A stretch of DNA of 64,000 nt from Oikopleura dioica (Eukaryota > Animalia > Chordata), in contig OU015568.1 of the NCBI GenBank assembly GCA_907165135.1, forward strand, positions 16,007,208 to 16,071,207, read 5' to 3'. Below are positions 21,401 through 34,700 of this stretch, piece by piece (the first letter of the stretch is position 1; every line of letters begins with the position of its first letter). A program made the translations under genes and the position numbers. The notes beneath the pieces were generated by a model that saw only the letters and a program-made list of their open reading frames with translations, ran no database searches and was not told the origin of the DNA.

Positions 21401-24066
21401 AGCTTCAAGCGGTTTCGTTGCTCGACTTCGGCGACAAGGTCATCAGTAGAAAACTGACCTCGGACAACCATGATGAGGCTCTTGATCACATCTGGCTCGC
21501 AATCGACATCCAAAAGGCCACCAATGACCTGAGGGAGTCGAGATGGGTTAACTTTCTGGACGTAGATCTCGATGTACTTCTGGAGATTATTTCTGTAAAG
21601 ATGGAGAACCAAGTCGTGGACGAAGTCGAATCGATCGCAGACGATGATCAAAGGAAGTTGGTCAGACATTTTCTGCTCTTTCAAGAAGTTCTTGACTTTT
21701 TCAGGCTCGTAGCAGTTAGATTCTCGGCAGATTCGCTCGACTTCCTTGATTTGGTTGGTCTTGACGGCGGCTTCAATGAATTTGAAATGGACTTCGGGGT
21801 CCTGGCTGAAGTTGACCACGGCTCCGAGGAAGTAGAAAAGACCTTCGTAAGACTTGAATGATTCAAAGATGGCAATGAGCTTATCAGCGCCGAGCTGTTC
21901 GTGGTATTTTCCGGCAACCTTGACAACAAGTGACAAGTTAACGCGAATGTTGGCAGTGAGCATCGCCTTCAAGCACTCGAGAGAGTCTTCGACAGAGAGA
22001 TTTCCGAAGTACTGGACGAGCCAGTCGGGCTGGAGAAGATGGGTGTGAATGATTGCTCGCTTGATATCGTAGAGATCAGTGTAGTGCTCAAGAGCTCGCT
22101 GAAGAAGGCCAGCCTTTTCGCAAAGTTGGGCAATGTAAGGTCGATCGTAGTGAGAGAAAACTTGGTTACCAAGAATAGCGTCAGCGACTTGCTGAGTTCC
22201 ACCCATCAGGTTCATTTCAAGAAGCTTCGTCTGGAGGTGTCCTTCTGAGGGTCGGTTGTTCTTGAGACCATCCAAGAGGAAAGCAGTGCACTGTTGGACA
22301 AGTCGGAATTCAGAGAAAACGTCAACGATCTGCGAAATATCAGCCAAAGGCTCATCATCAGCGACGAGGGATTGAGCGAACTTGGTGCCCTGATCAGGAT
22401 TCATACGCATGATATGTCGCAGAAGGAAGATGTAATCGGGCGTGAAGCCAACTTTCTGGGAATATTGAACAATCTTGTCGAATTGGCCAGTTTCAGCGAA
22501 GCAGCTGACGACTTTGTTAGGTGCGTTGGCTCGGAGGTAAATGGAGAGCCCGAGAGTGGCGTCGGTCGGCTTTACAAGGTCACCAAGTTCTTCGGAGCAT
22601 TCGAGTTTGTCTTCCTTTAGCCATTTTTCAATGAGCTGCTTTCGGCCCTGGGCAAGGACCGGTCGGCAGAGTTCCATTGTTTCGACTTTGTTAAGCTTGC
22701 CAGCATCCAAGAGAATACCGAAATATTGAAGAAGTGGTGAGGTCTGTCCTGGCTGAGTTGGAACTTGTTGAAATTGCTGGATAACTTGAGTAGTTCTGAG
22801 AACACCACGAGGGGCTTTGGCGGCCACTTTGGCGGCGTCAGTGTACGCCCCTTGTTGAAAGAGAAGCTGGAACTTTTTGATGAAGAGATCATCAGCGCCG
22901 CCAAGGTCACATCGAGTAGCAATTTTCAAAGCCAAGTCATGGTTGTTCAGCTGACCCTGGCAGTATTGAACGATGTTAGACTCATCGATAGTAACGGCAA
23001 GGACTTGTCCCTTTCGGTTGACTCCCATCATACCACCAGTCGACTCTTGAGGTACGGTAACGAAGATGGTATCGCTTGAGATTCTGTTCATGAAGATGCA
23101 GATTCCGGTCTCGACATCGTACATGTGGATGTATCCATATTTTGTGACAAGGTAGATAACACCGTGCTTCTTCGACACTTGCATAGCGACTGGGAAGTCA
23201 TTGGCAGCTTCAGCTGGGAAGAAAACATCAGCTTGTCGCTTGGCGAAGGGTTGGTTTCCTGCTGCAGGTGAGCCAACTTCGATGATGTGAAGCTTGCCTC
23301 CAGCGGGGCCACGAACAGAGAAACAGAAAAGATTGGATTCTGCGTTGTTTCCTTCGGCTTTGAATTGAGTGAAAGCAGCCGCGTGACCTTCGATGGGTTG
23401 ACTAACTTTACGATCGACCTAAATAAGGGCATTAACATTTTTCTTCCAGGTAAAAATCAAAGACTTACTGAGTACAGCTGCATTGCTCCTTTGACTGCAC
23501 CACCAACGGCACTGATTCCAACGAGCAAGAGCCATTTCAGATCTGCGGAAGCTCTGTAGTTGATGATCTGGCAGCCTTGAAGGGAGCCATGTCTGTCGAA
23601 CACTTTAACTGGCGCGGATTCGCCTTCGATTGACCAGTGATAACACGCTTGATCTGTGGCAAGACCGACAATACTCGGCGTGATCCACTTCCAAAAGACG
23701 ACCTCTTCTGTCATATTATGTGCTTTCATTTTTGCTTTGAGTTCCATATTAAAAATTTGAAGAGTTTTGCCGGCTTTGAGAGCGATGATTTTACTAACGG
23801 GGTTCATGATGGCATTATCTGCCGTGATGGGACGTCGGATTGGATTCTGTGGATCTGCCATGTCGATAATGACGACTTGACTTTGATCTCCAACCTTTAC
23901 TTTTGGTAAAACAGAGAGTAAGTAATCAAAATCAAACCTGTTCGCGGACGCAAATGAACTTTTCGGACTCCATGGTGAGATTCGTGAACCCGACATTGGC
24001 CGCATTTATCCCGATGTTTATTAAATTCAAGTTCTCTTCGAACTTTATCGGCAAGTTCGCCGCCAT
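18439..24066 (-). CDS. CLTC: Clathrin heavy chain
   Basis: [42 protein letters not shown] start, a 904-aa exon of clathrin repeats, RSYDNFD-type and DFAMPYFIQ segments, and PQLML near a G/M/Q-rich C-terminus. Confidence 0.98.
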
Positions 24067-24331
24067 CCCGTTGGCTTTCTCTGAACACAAAGCGCGTTAG
24101 ATTCTGGTCTCTGGCCTAAATTAGTCCACAAAGTAGCAGAAACTGATATTTTTGTTGTTAGTATGTGGGCAGGAAACGCGACAAAACAGGCGGCAAAAAT
24201 GATCTCGGACTGAATAAAGGTGCGAACTTCAAATCGTACGCGGCGGAGAAAAGTAAACGAAAACGCCAAAACGCCATTTTGAGTCGACAATCAGCATGCC
24301 ATCAGCTTCACCTGCATTACTCTCGTAGATT

Positions 24332-25018
24332 TCATAAACAAAACAGTCGACGAAGCTCCTGATTGATCAATCGAGGATTTCCAGGCGGGAATTCGGCCAG
24401 TTCAGCCTTTGCGATTGTATTCAAAGATTCCGTTAGGGTCTAAAAGGGTTAGGTCGAAGAGATGAGTGGTTAAATAGAACCTGAGGATAGCAGTACTCCA
24501 AATAATTGCATTCCTTCAGTGCACTTGCGAGCTCTAACTGGTGGTTATCCATGAGAGTTTCATTTATCACTGAAACAAAATGATAACAGATTAGTCTACT
24601 GAGTCAGTAATTTACTGAGTCTCGATCTTATCAACTAACCGACCAGAAGCCTGCGGCGGTTCTCCAACGCTTCCAAGCAGCTTCCCGCGCCTGCATGAGA
24701 AATAATCAAATCCGCATTCTCGTAAAGCTTCTTCCAGGGATTCCCCCGCATATAGTCAAACGATTCAATTTCGATGGGCACATTGGGCACTTTCGGCGCC
24801 TAGGAATAAAAAGCAATCAAGCGTTATGTTGAGTATTTCGACTTACCGGGCCAGCGCCATGTTGAATGTAAACTTTTTCATAACCCAGTTGAGCTAGAAT
24901 TCTTTTTATTCGACCGGCTGGTCAAAGTCCGGTACCTGAGTGGCTCGTTCTCTGAAACAGCAGCAATGAGCTCTCTGAACTCGGTCGTCCCGACAGTGAC
25001 TAACGCGTATGATCCCAT
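24332..25018 (-). CDS. ALG13: UDP-N-acetylglucosamine transferase subunit ALG13 (short form), 5 exons
   Basis: Manual translation: LVTVGTTEF, LGYEKVYIQHG, ADLIISHAGAGSCLEAL and VINETLMDNHQLELA. Missed by the ORF track because the exons are short. Confidence 0.9.
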
Positions 25019-25074
25019 TCTAAATTCATTGCATTGTTTATATTTGCGTATTTGCTCATAACGTCCGTTCGCAA

Positions 25075-27626
25075 CTATGCGTGTAACGCAATCAGCGGCA
25101 ATAAAGTTTTATCGTCACAGAACACTGTCTTGAATACTTTGTTCATGAAGTCTGGGTCCACCGAGAGCATCGCTGCCAGACTTGGATTGAAGTTGATCTC
25201 TAACAAGTACGGCCGAGCTGAGCCGTCGTCACTTTTTTCCAATACAAAGTCGGCGGCGTAAAAACCTCTGAATAAATCGATTTTGAGCATATTTCAGAGA
25301 GAGAGAGAGAGGCGCGTTTTTTACCTAGACTGGGGATAGTGCGAAATAACACAAGGAGGATTGTAGTCCTTAGAAATTGCAGCAATGAGAACATCCCTCA
25401 GAATCCTCGTAGATTGAGCACGAACAGCAGCATGGATATTCTTTCCTGGCGCAAGCTCATTCATCATTGGCGCAAAGTCCTTTTCAAAGAACATTCTCTC
25501 TGAGTAATCTCCATCCGTATCATCGTTGGATAACAGTCCCCCATTGTCGTACAGTTTCTCCAAATCAAAGTCCTTGGGACAAAAGAGCCCACGCACAATG
25601 TCGACGACATATGCTTCGATTGGCTGTATCGATTTGATAAAGAAATGATAGCGATAATGGAAGGCGCGGCGATTGATGGTGAATTGGTTGGTGATGAATT
25701 TCTGGACGACGAGGGGTTGGTTCAGTTCTCGATGGCGGAGAATTTCGATCAAGGAACTGGTCACGATCGTCTTGTCCGCGCGCTGCCCATTCCAAGACTT
25801 CATGATCCAAGTGTTTTCGAGTCCTTCTCTTTCTCTGCGTTTGAATTCGGCGATGAAATTGGAAGCTTCAGAGAGCAAATCGTACGTAGGAGAATACCAG
25901 TGGACTGATGTCTCTCCGTCTTTGCGCTTTCGCTTCGCCATTTCAGTAAGGTCGACTTTTACGGTCATCAAATACTCGAACGGGAACGAGTTGACAATTT
26001 GATGTGGGGCCTGGTCAAACTGCTCCTGAAAGTCGTGCACCGGTTTTTGAAGCCAGAGAATGTCTGCGTTGCTTCGATCGGGCACCAACTCAAACAGCTC
26101 GTCCGTTAAGTGTTTTTGCACCTGAGCCGTTTCCGCGTAAACTTTGATGTTTTTCGCTGGGGGTTGGATTTCCGGAATCATGTGCGATTCCAAACTGGGA
26201 AGCGTCATTTTCAACTTGTCGGCGATTTTCTCGAAGAATTCATCCAGTTTCTTTGGAGCGGCAGGAGAGGCGTCCAATTTCGCCTGAACCCAAGGATACA
26301 GTCGAATTACACGGTCGTCCGTCTTCGATGAGCCTGACGCATAATCCCTTGTGACCTCTTCGTATGGACGGAGACTTCGCTTAGGGAACATAATTGAAAT
26401 GGAGTAGCCGTAGAACTGGCAGAAGAAAGGAATGACCACGAAATTGGGATCCCCATGATGGCGGATTCGCGAGCCGAACTCATCCAGCAAGTACCAAAAT
26501 GCTGCGTTTTCGCCATCGATACAGATGTTGTAAACTTGACCCCAAGACCAGATCTCATCAAGAATTTCGTCCTATAATTTTGAAATAGGCTCGGAAACCT
26601 GTGTTCAAAACCTGAGTCAGGGTCCAGAAAGATCTGAAGCCGCTTTGCGGCTTTGTTAAAGAAAAAGCCGCCGCGCTGCTTTCATTAAAGATCTTTCTGG
26701 ACCCTTACTAGGGTTTTCTACACAGGTTCCTGTTTCTCAAAATTTATGATTGACGATTTTAAATTTCTGTAAGCAAAAATTGTATTCTGAAGAAAATTTA
26801 CCTTTTCCAAATTTTCCTTTTCGAAAATCCCCTCAAGCCGTTGCTTCAAATTCTCGTGTTCCTGTAATTGCTTCGCAGCCTCTGCCCTATCTCTCCAAGT
26901 CCAACAATGATCGATAAGCCAGATAGACTCTGGGCTTTGACAATCAATACCTTCTTCATTTCGTACAACAACCTTGTATTTTCTTATGATTGATTTACAA
27001 ACATGTTTCTATCACTAGATATGCCACGGCATCTGCCACGAGAAGATGACTCGCTTGGCCAAGAATTTACGACTTTTCACAAAGAAAAATTTTCGACACT
27101 GAGGGACTCTGATTGGGACAATTTTACAAGTGGCTTTGACCGGGGCAAAAGACCGTGAAGTGGGATATTGAATTTTCTCAATGATAATGAATTTTTATTT
27201 ACTATTCAAATAGGGGGTCCCAATCTAAACGCGAAAATTCATTTAGGAAGACCCAATTTTAACGGATTTTTGCATCGTTTAATTATTTATAAAATGCGTT
27301 AAAATGGGGACATTCTTTATGAATTTTCGAGTCAAAATAAGACCCCATATTTGATTAGGAAATAAAATTGATTATTCTTGAGAAATTGAATTCTTGAGAC
27401 ATTCTAAATGGCAACCTCCGAAAAAAAAAACATTGTAAATCTTTTTCCTATTACGCGGGATACCCTTATCCCCCTCCGAATTCTCGGCAAGTCCGAAATC
27501 TTCTCCAGCGTCAAATCTCTGTTCAATAATTTTTTCATACAACTTTTTCCAGAATCTCTTAGGAACCGCGCTGCTCTTCAAACTTGCTTCGTGGTATTTT
27601 TCAAAATTCTCATAATTAATTTCCAT
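25075..27626 (-). CDS. TTLL12: Tubulin-tyrosine ligase-like 12
   Basis: SAVPKRFWKKLYEKIIEQRFDAGEDF, LDEFGSRIRH, EEVTRDYA, WIMKSWN...VVQKFI and LLEINFNP. Confidence 0.88.
26585..26730. mobile_element. MITE copy 1 (CTGGG/CCCAG family, ends degraded) in a TTLL12 intron
   Basis: ~40-bp imperfect inverted repeats (aacctgtgttcaaaacctgagtcagggtccagaaagatct / agatctttctggacccttactagggttttctacacaggtt) around an AAGCCGC..GCGGCTT core. No clear TSD. Confidence 0.75.
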
Positions 27627-28790
27627 TCTGAAAATGAAAGATTTGCCATCTTAGCAAAATACGATCGAAAAATTAAAAAGCATTTTTTGAAAGACTCTTT
27701 TTTTTCTGTAGGAATTCTAGAGCCGCTAAAAGTCAACAAATTGGCCGGCAGAAAGAGAGAGAAAGCTCTCGAATGACGTCATAGAAGGTCGCTGATTCAT
27801 GAGATTTGAGCGGAATTAGTCATTTTACAACTCCCGCCAATTCAGCCCATGAAAAGCAAAGATTTTTTATTTTTTTGATTTTTCAAGAAACCATAAAGGA
27901 TTTTCTTGTCCAAAAACTTAGATATTTTAATTGGCTTTACGGCTTTTCCTGACAATTTTTTCTTTAGAGAATTCTAGAGATGAAAGAAGAAACTTCAGAA
28001 AACACGCCAAAGAGAACAGAACTTCCAAGAAAACGACAGAAAGACCATCTGAAGAAAGGAGAGAACCTGTAAAAGATGCTGGAGGCATGAATTTCCCGTC
28101 TCGAAAGTCGATTGTGCGTGGGCGAGGCACCTCCGCACGGTGGCGCAGCGCTCGATGCGAGCAATCACCCGGCTCTGCAGGTCACGTCCAGAGAAACTCT
28201 TCGCTTCTGAGTTTCAGTGATAAAAAACGAAGAAATCGTGCGATTTTTTGAAATGCTAAGAGTAAGAGATTCCTGCTCCAACGTATTTCCCGTCGATAGA
28301 GGCTGTAAGAATCGGTCGAAATGTCGAAGAAGATGACGAAGATGTACTCCCAATTTCGGACTGAAAAGGTAAGAAAAGTGATTTTTAAACTGGATTTGAG
28401 CGTTTTCGGGGGCTTTTCTTTAGATTTAGAGCTAATAGCGTTGTTCAGTGATGATTGCCGATTCTAAAAATGTCGATATGGCGTCGATTTCAGCACCAGA
28501 ACACCACCAGAAAACGCGAAAATCGAGCTAAGTGTCTCAAAATTGCGTGGCTCTTCTCAGCGCAATGGGGGCGCGCCACTGTCGCCCACGCACTCTGCCG
28601 CCTCCCGTTTCAAATCGCCGAAGCAGCCCAAGACGCACCACGAGCGGGCCACCCTCGCGAACTTTAACCGCCTGAAACCGACTGTTCCCGACCGAATTCG
28701 AGATTGAGAGTTTTACCAGAGGAAACCTAAGGGTCTAACGCACCTGGCAATACTAATTTGAGCCCGATTGATGGAGTGAAAATTGTCGAG

Positions 28791-31700
28791 ATGAGCGAAG
28801 ATTTATCGAGCAACAGCGATGAGAATCGACTATCTGACGATTCCGGAGAGGAACACATCCCTTCTGAACAAGGTTAGTAATGGTTTCAACCCTCTGAACA
28901 GCCTCTATCCCCAAATCCTAAAAAGACCCCTAAAATCCGCCAAAAACCCGGAAAATAGCCTGGAAAGCAATTCTCCAGGCTTTCCAATTACAAAACCCTT
29001 AAATCGTCTGTTTTTCATCCCTTATTTATTTCAATTACCCATCAACACTTTCTGACTGCTCAAAACAACACAGATACTGATTTTTACTAATAAAAAGGGT
29101 CGAAAAACCTTCTTTTCTGGAATTTCCAGAAAGTTGGAGAATCTCCAGATGGAGATTCTCGTCATATGTATTTTTCTACAGTTTTCAGAGAATTTAACCA
29201 TTCGATTTGGTTAAATCTTGTTATCTGGCTAACGAAAACGGTCATTTACAGTAAGAGCAGGGCAGATATCCGGAAAAATACTTGATTTTGTGGCTCAAGT
29301 CGGTTCGGAAATTGCTGAAAGCAATTCCAGGAGGGTAGTTGTTGGTAGTTACAAAGTTTTCATAGGTCCATGTAGTCGGAAAAGATAAGTTACCGGTTTC
29401 ATAGCGAGAAGAACTTTGAAATATTAGACAGTTTTCCGGTTTTCATAAATGTTTATGATAAATCTCATATTAACTACCCTTTTAGATTTTCTTTGCAATG
29501 ATGATTTTTAGTAACCTAGGAGTGAGTGGTAGTTCAAAAGAAAACCTTTGCTTCTGTTCCAGCTTGAATTTGAGCTCGGCGGCCTGTGAAGAAATCCTCA
29601 GTGAGAGTCCAAAAGATTTTTAATGAATTGCTGCTTCGCGGTTATAAAAAAAACGCTAAACAGCTATTCAATAAAGATCTTCGGGTCTCTGACTCAGGTT
29701 TCTTACAGGTTGCCGAGCCCAGGCTAGAATATGGCGGAAGAATGGGTTTTAATATTGTTAAAAATCATAGAAGATCTTAGAATCAAGGATTTCTCTTTTT
29801 ATTTGTTGGACTAGAATAATTAAAATTATGAATCTGGTTTGTTTTGAAAATGAGAAAGTACCACTTATAATTATTATCTCGATTGATTTACAATAAAGCC
29901 CTGGGTCTCGAATCCGTGGCGTTTTTTTGGAGCAGGGTTTGCTCTCGGGCGCTCGCGGCTCCGCGCCCCGGGGCAAGTGCGAAAAAAGCTCCACGAGGCT
30001 GGAGCAGGGCGGAGCTCCAGCGGCTGGAGCATGATCCGGCAACCGGAGCAGCGTTGACCGAGAAGGCGCAGCGCAGGCGTTCAAAAAGTGACAGCGCGCG
30101 CAACAACACTGAACAACTTTTATGCGCATCAATTGCACTTTTAGTATCTTTTCATATATAATTCATATTGGAATTATTATATTAGATGATAATATTTATA
30201 AAGTAGTGAAAAAATATGAAAAAAGAATATGATTATGATTCATAATTTATGAATATTTATTATAAATATGCTAATAAAACCTATTTTATCCATTATATTG
30301 ATTTTAATATTTCTGCAAAGAAAAAATACTCTGGAAAGATTCTACCGCGATAGTCTTCGCGTTAACTAATCGTCCCGGATTTATCCCGGAAATCCCTATG
30401 ATTTTGCATTGAACCACTTGGTTTTGTCACCTTCTGCTGAAAGGTTCGAACCTAACATGGGGCGCAATGTCAACAGAGTTCGAGTGCATGGAAAGGCACT
30501 AGTTCCGGGCGCGCTTTTCGCGCGATTTCCTGCCGCGCAGTCACTTCCAGTCAACAACCGGACAATTTCGGGAGGTTCTTCTTTACGCATAGTCCCAAGA
30601 ATTTGACAGGTGCTTGAGAGATATCTGTTTCTGGACATATCGAAAAATTAGAGATTTCTAAGCTTATTTAAAATATTTTTCGAGATTAAATTATGAATCA
30701 GAGCCACATTTTTAGTTATTTTATGATGTTTTTGACTGGGATTATGTCGAAATTAGCAAAGAAGCATAGGACGATTTTGGTGCGAAGGGCCGCGCCGCGC
30801 GCCGTTTTTCTGATAGAATCCCTACGGATATATATTAAAAATATTTAAAAGAATCAACAATTTTTAATAAAATTGATTTATGAGATACTAATCTATCAAT
30901 TGTTTCTTCAAGTGTTTGTAATGAGGTCGCGCAAATATATCCCTTGACCATCGAGAAAATAGAGCGCGCTAATGCTTTTTGGGCTTCCCGCGCAGCGCGT
31001 AAAGGCGCTTTCCCCCTCGTCACTTTTCCTGCTCCAGCGCCCGGAGCAGCCGTTTTCCTGCCCCAAGCGCGTGGAGTTTTTGGCGCCCGAGAGCAAACCG
31101 TGCTCCAAAAAAACGCCACGGATTCGAGACCCAGATAAAGCCTATAAATTTGTTTTCAGAGTCGGGTACCGACAGCGATTCTGGGGAGAAAACAAGTGAG
31201 AGCAACAATGATAGTAGTTCCAGCTCAGATTTCGCGCCAGCGAAAAAGAAAAAGAAGCGTGATTCCAACCGTTCTGAACGAGACATGGTCATGAAAGTTA
31301 TTCAAAATAACCCGGATGATTTTGGTGTGCGTAGATCAGCTCGGCCCGTGAAAAAATACTCGGAAGGCGACTCAGATGATGCTTCGTCTGATGACAACTA
31401 CGCACCTGTGCAGAGATACACTCAGCGCGCCGCTGCGAGAGCAGTCAAAGAAGTCGATTACGGGATCAGCTCTGAAGACTCCGACGAAGAAGACACCAAG
31501 AAAGTTACTCGTGTCGAAGTCGACGGTGATAAAATTGAAAAAGTCCTCGATTCCCGCGACGGTCCCGTTGGCTTTACCGGTGATCAGACGATTGCATACA
31601 ACGAGGACGAGCAGAAAAAAGTGTACCTCGCTGAATACGATGGTGAAACTGAGAAACAATATCTCATCAAATGGCAAGGTGAGATCCCCTCTACTACTTA

Positions 31701-34700
31701 CTGTTTTATTTAATTTTATGTCTATGAAAATCCTGAAAATTATTAATTTTTACTCAAACCATAACGTTACATAATAGGCTGGTCGCACTTACACAACACT
31801 TGGGAAAGCGAGAAGTCCATAAAGAATCAAGGAGTCCTGGGCGTCAGGAAACTTGAAAACTTTATCCGCAAAGAACGCGAAAGTGAAAAATGGTTGAAAT
31901 ATGCTTCGAAAGAAGAAATCGAGTTCTACCACGTTCAAAACGAAATGGAACGCGACGTTTTTCAACAACACGTCCATGCCGAGCGCATTATTACCAAAAG
32001 GACCGTCGAAAATGAAGATGGTTTCGAAAAGACTGAATTCATGATCAAATGGAAAGGTCTTCCCTACAGGTAAATACTTGTCTTCTTTCAAGAATACAGT
32101 TGTGCAACCAAATGGTTTTGAACATATTACTTATAAAATCTTTTAGTGACGCAACATGGGAAGCGGATAATCTCGTCGAAGGACGATTCCAGGAACGCCT
32201 AGCCGAGTACGAGCATCGACTTCTTCATCAAAAATTTCCCTCTGCCAATAATTCCTTCATGAAACGACCCAAGTTCCATAGATACAAAGAACAACCTCAC
32301 TTCCTTCCCGAAAGTTTGAGTCTTCGAGACTATCAAATAGACGGTGTCAATTGGTTGATGCATGCATGGTGTAAGGGCAACTCTTGTATTCTTGCTGATG
32401 AGATGGGACTTGGAAAAACTATCCAAACTGTCAGTTTTGTATCAGCGCTTTTTCACGATCATGATCGGGCTGGTCCATTTTTATGCGTTGTGCCGCTCTC
32501 CACTCTTGGTATGTCTTAGAACCTGCTTCGCGATCAATAAAGAAAATATTTTAGCCGCTTGGCAACACGAATTCCAAAAGTGGGGGCCGGCACTCAACAC
32601 CATCTCATTTGTAGGCGATGCAACTAGCAGGCAGGTTCTCTTCGAAAACGAGTGGGGCACGAATAAAAGCTTGGCTTCAATGTTCTCTTGACTACATACG
32701 AGATAGCTCTCAGAGAGACGCAGCTTCTGAACTCGGTCCGATGGAGCGTGCTTGCCATTGACGAGGCACATCGTTTGAAAAACGACGAGGCAATGCTCTA
32801 CCAAGCCCTCAATGATTTGAAGACAGAGCATCGTCTGCTCATCACTGGTACTCCATTGCAGAATTCCTTGCGCGAGCTTTGGTGCCTCCTTGATTTCGCC
32901 AACCCGGATCAGATGGGACCTTGGGCTGAGTTCGAGGCGAAACACGAAGAGGACCAAGCCCGTGGGTTCACTGGTCTTCACAAAGAGCTTCAGCCCTTCC
33001 TCTTCCGACGTGTCAAGAAGGATGTTGAAAAGTCGTTGCCCGGCAAAATCGAGCAGATTTTACGAGTCGGTCTTTCGAAGAAACAAAAGAAATACTACAA
33101 ATTCATTCTCACGAAAAACTTCAAAGAGCTTCAAAAAGGTGTTCATGGCTCGAAATCATCGTTCACGAACATAATGATTGAATTGAAAAAGTGCTCGAAT
33201 CATGCATGGCTGGTGAAAGATCCTGATGACCTGGACGAGTTTGATCAGAAGAGTACCGAAGAGAAAATCGATCGAATTCTCAAAGGCTCTGGCAAAATGA
33301 TGTTGTTAGACAAACTGCTTCGTAGGCTGAAGGAAAATGGAAGTCGCGTATTGATTTTTTCTCAAATGGTGATGATGCTGGATGTGATTGGAGACTACAT
33401 GGCTCTACGCCGGTACCAGTTTCAACGCCTCGATGGCAGCATCCGAGGTGATCTTCGCCAAAGGTCGATGGAACATTTTAACGCCACAGACTCGGAAGAC
33501 TTTGCTTTTCTCTTGTCGACTCGTGCCGGTGGACTTGGAATCAATCTTGCGACTGCCGATACAGTTATCATCTTTGATTCCGACTGGAATCCACAGAATG
33601 ACTTACAAGCACAAGCTCGAGCCCACCGAATCGGCCAGAAGAAGACAGTGAAGATCTATCGTTTTGTTTCGGCGATGTCTGTCGAGGAAGATGTCATCGA
33701 AAGAGCAAAGAAGAAAATGGTCCTTGATCATCTCGTCATTCAGCGAATGGACACTTCTGGAAGAACTGTCTTGTCGAAAAAATCCGATGCAAGTAAAAGC
33801 ATTCCCTTCGATAAACAGGAGATCACCCAGATCTTGAAATTCGGCGCAGAAGAACTCTTCAAAGAGGAAGATGATGCTGAGCCCGAGTGCGACATCGATT
33901 TGATTCTTCAGCGCGCTGAGACGACGGAAACCGAGGCTTCCGGGAACGCGCAAACGAATGAACTCATGTCTGGTTTCAAGGTCGCGGACTTCCAGTTCGA
34001 CGAAGATAAACTTTGGGACGACATTATTCCGGAGCATGAGCGAATTCGTCAGGCAGAGGAAGAAATCGCCGCACTTGGTGAACGTAGGGCGAAGTATAAA
34101 AGCAAGAACACGAATGATGACAACGAGGACTTCGAAGCGGATGATGCGAGTGAAGGCAGCAATGAGAGTAACTCAAAATCCCATCGACTTCCGAATTGGA
34201 GGGAGCTCAATCTCACTCACACTAAAGCGTTCCTCAAGAGCATCAAAAAGTGAGTCATAATTCCTAATGATTTTTCTGACATTTGTTTCAATAGGTGGGG
34301 TTACGAGAAAAAAGAAAAAGTCATGGAAGAGAATCCTAAATTCCCGCAGAACTTTAATTATGATGGAGCTGTGATGGAACTCGTCGAGTCTTTGATTCAA
34401 TGCGACAACCAAAACAGCAAGAGCAAGGGCAAAGGGCAGAACTTGAAGCTGGGAGAGCAGCCAGTCCCCGTCAAGGTCACCTTAGCGAGGATTCGTGCGC
34501 TATCCGCTCTTCACAAATTACCCGAACCTATCGATGTCGTACCGTTGCCGAGAAAAGTGAGGCCGGTCACAAACTGGACTTGTCACTGGGTTGAGGATGA
34601 TGATCGACAACTGTTGAAAGGAGTCAAGCGTTACGGCGTCGGCGAATGGGAGAAAATCAAGGCTGACGACGAATTCAAGCTTGCTCATAAAATCCTGCCG

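Noticed and set aside
20908-22922. Many overlapping plus-strand and alternative-frame ORFs inside clathrin heavy chain (up to 211 aa at 21226-21861)
   Set aside because: Antisense shadows produced by strong codon bias in a highly expressed gene; no motifs or splice signals of their own.
27931-28370. Possible small spliced plus-strand gene upstream of CHD1 (GT-AG pairs, acidic ending VEEDDEDVLPISD*)
   Set aside because: No convincing start codon and the frame needs a non-canonical donor; may be non-coding 5' exons in the TTLL12/CHD1 divergent promoter. Cannot be supported without RNA data.
29758-31292. ORFs within the 1.2-kb transposon (e.g. 29758-30138, 30835-31119) as a possible transposase
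   Set aside because: Short, derived from GC-rich TIR sequence, mirrored at both ends, with no DDE or BED motifs.
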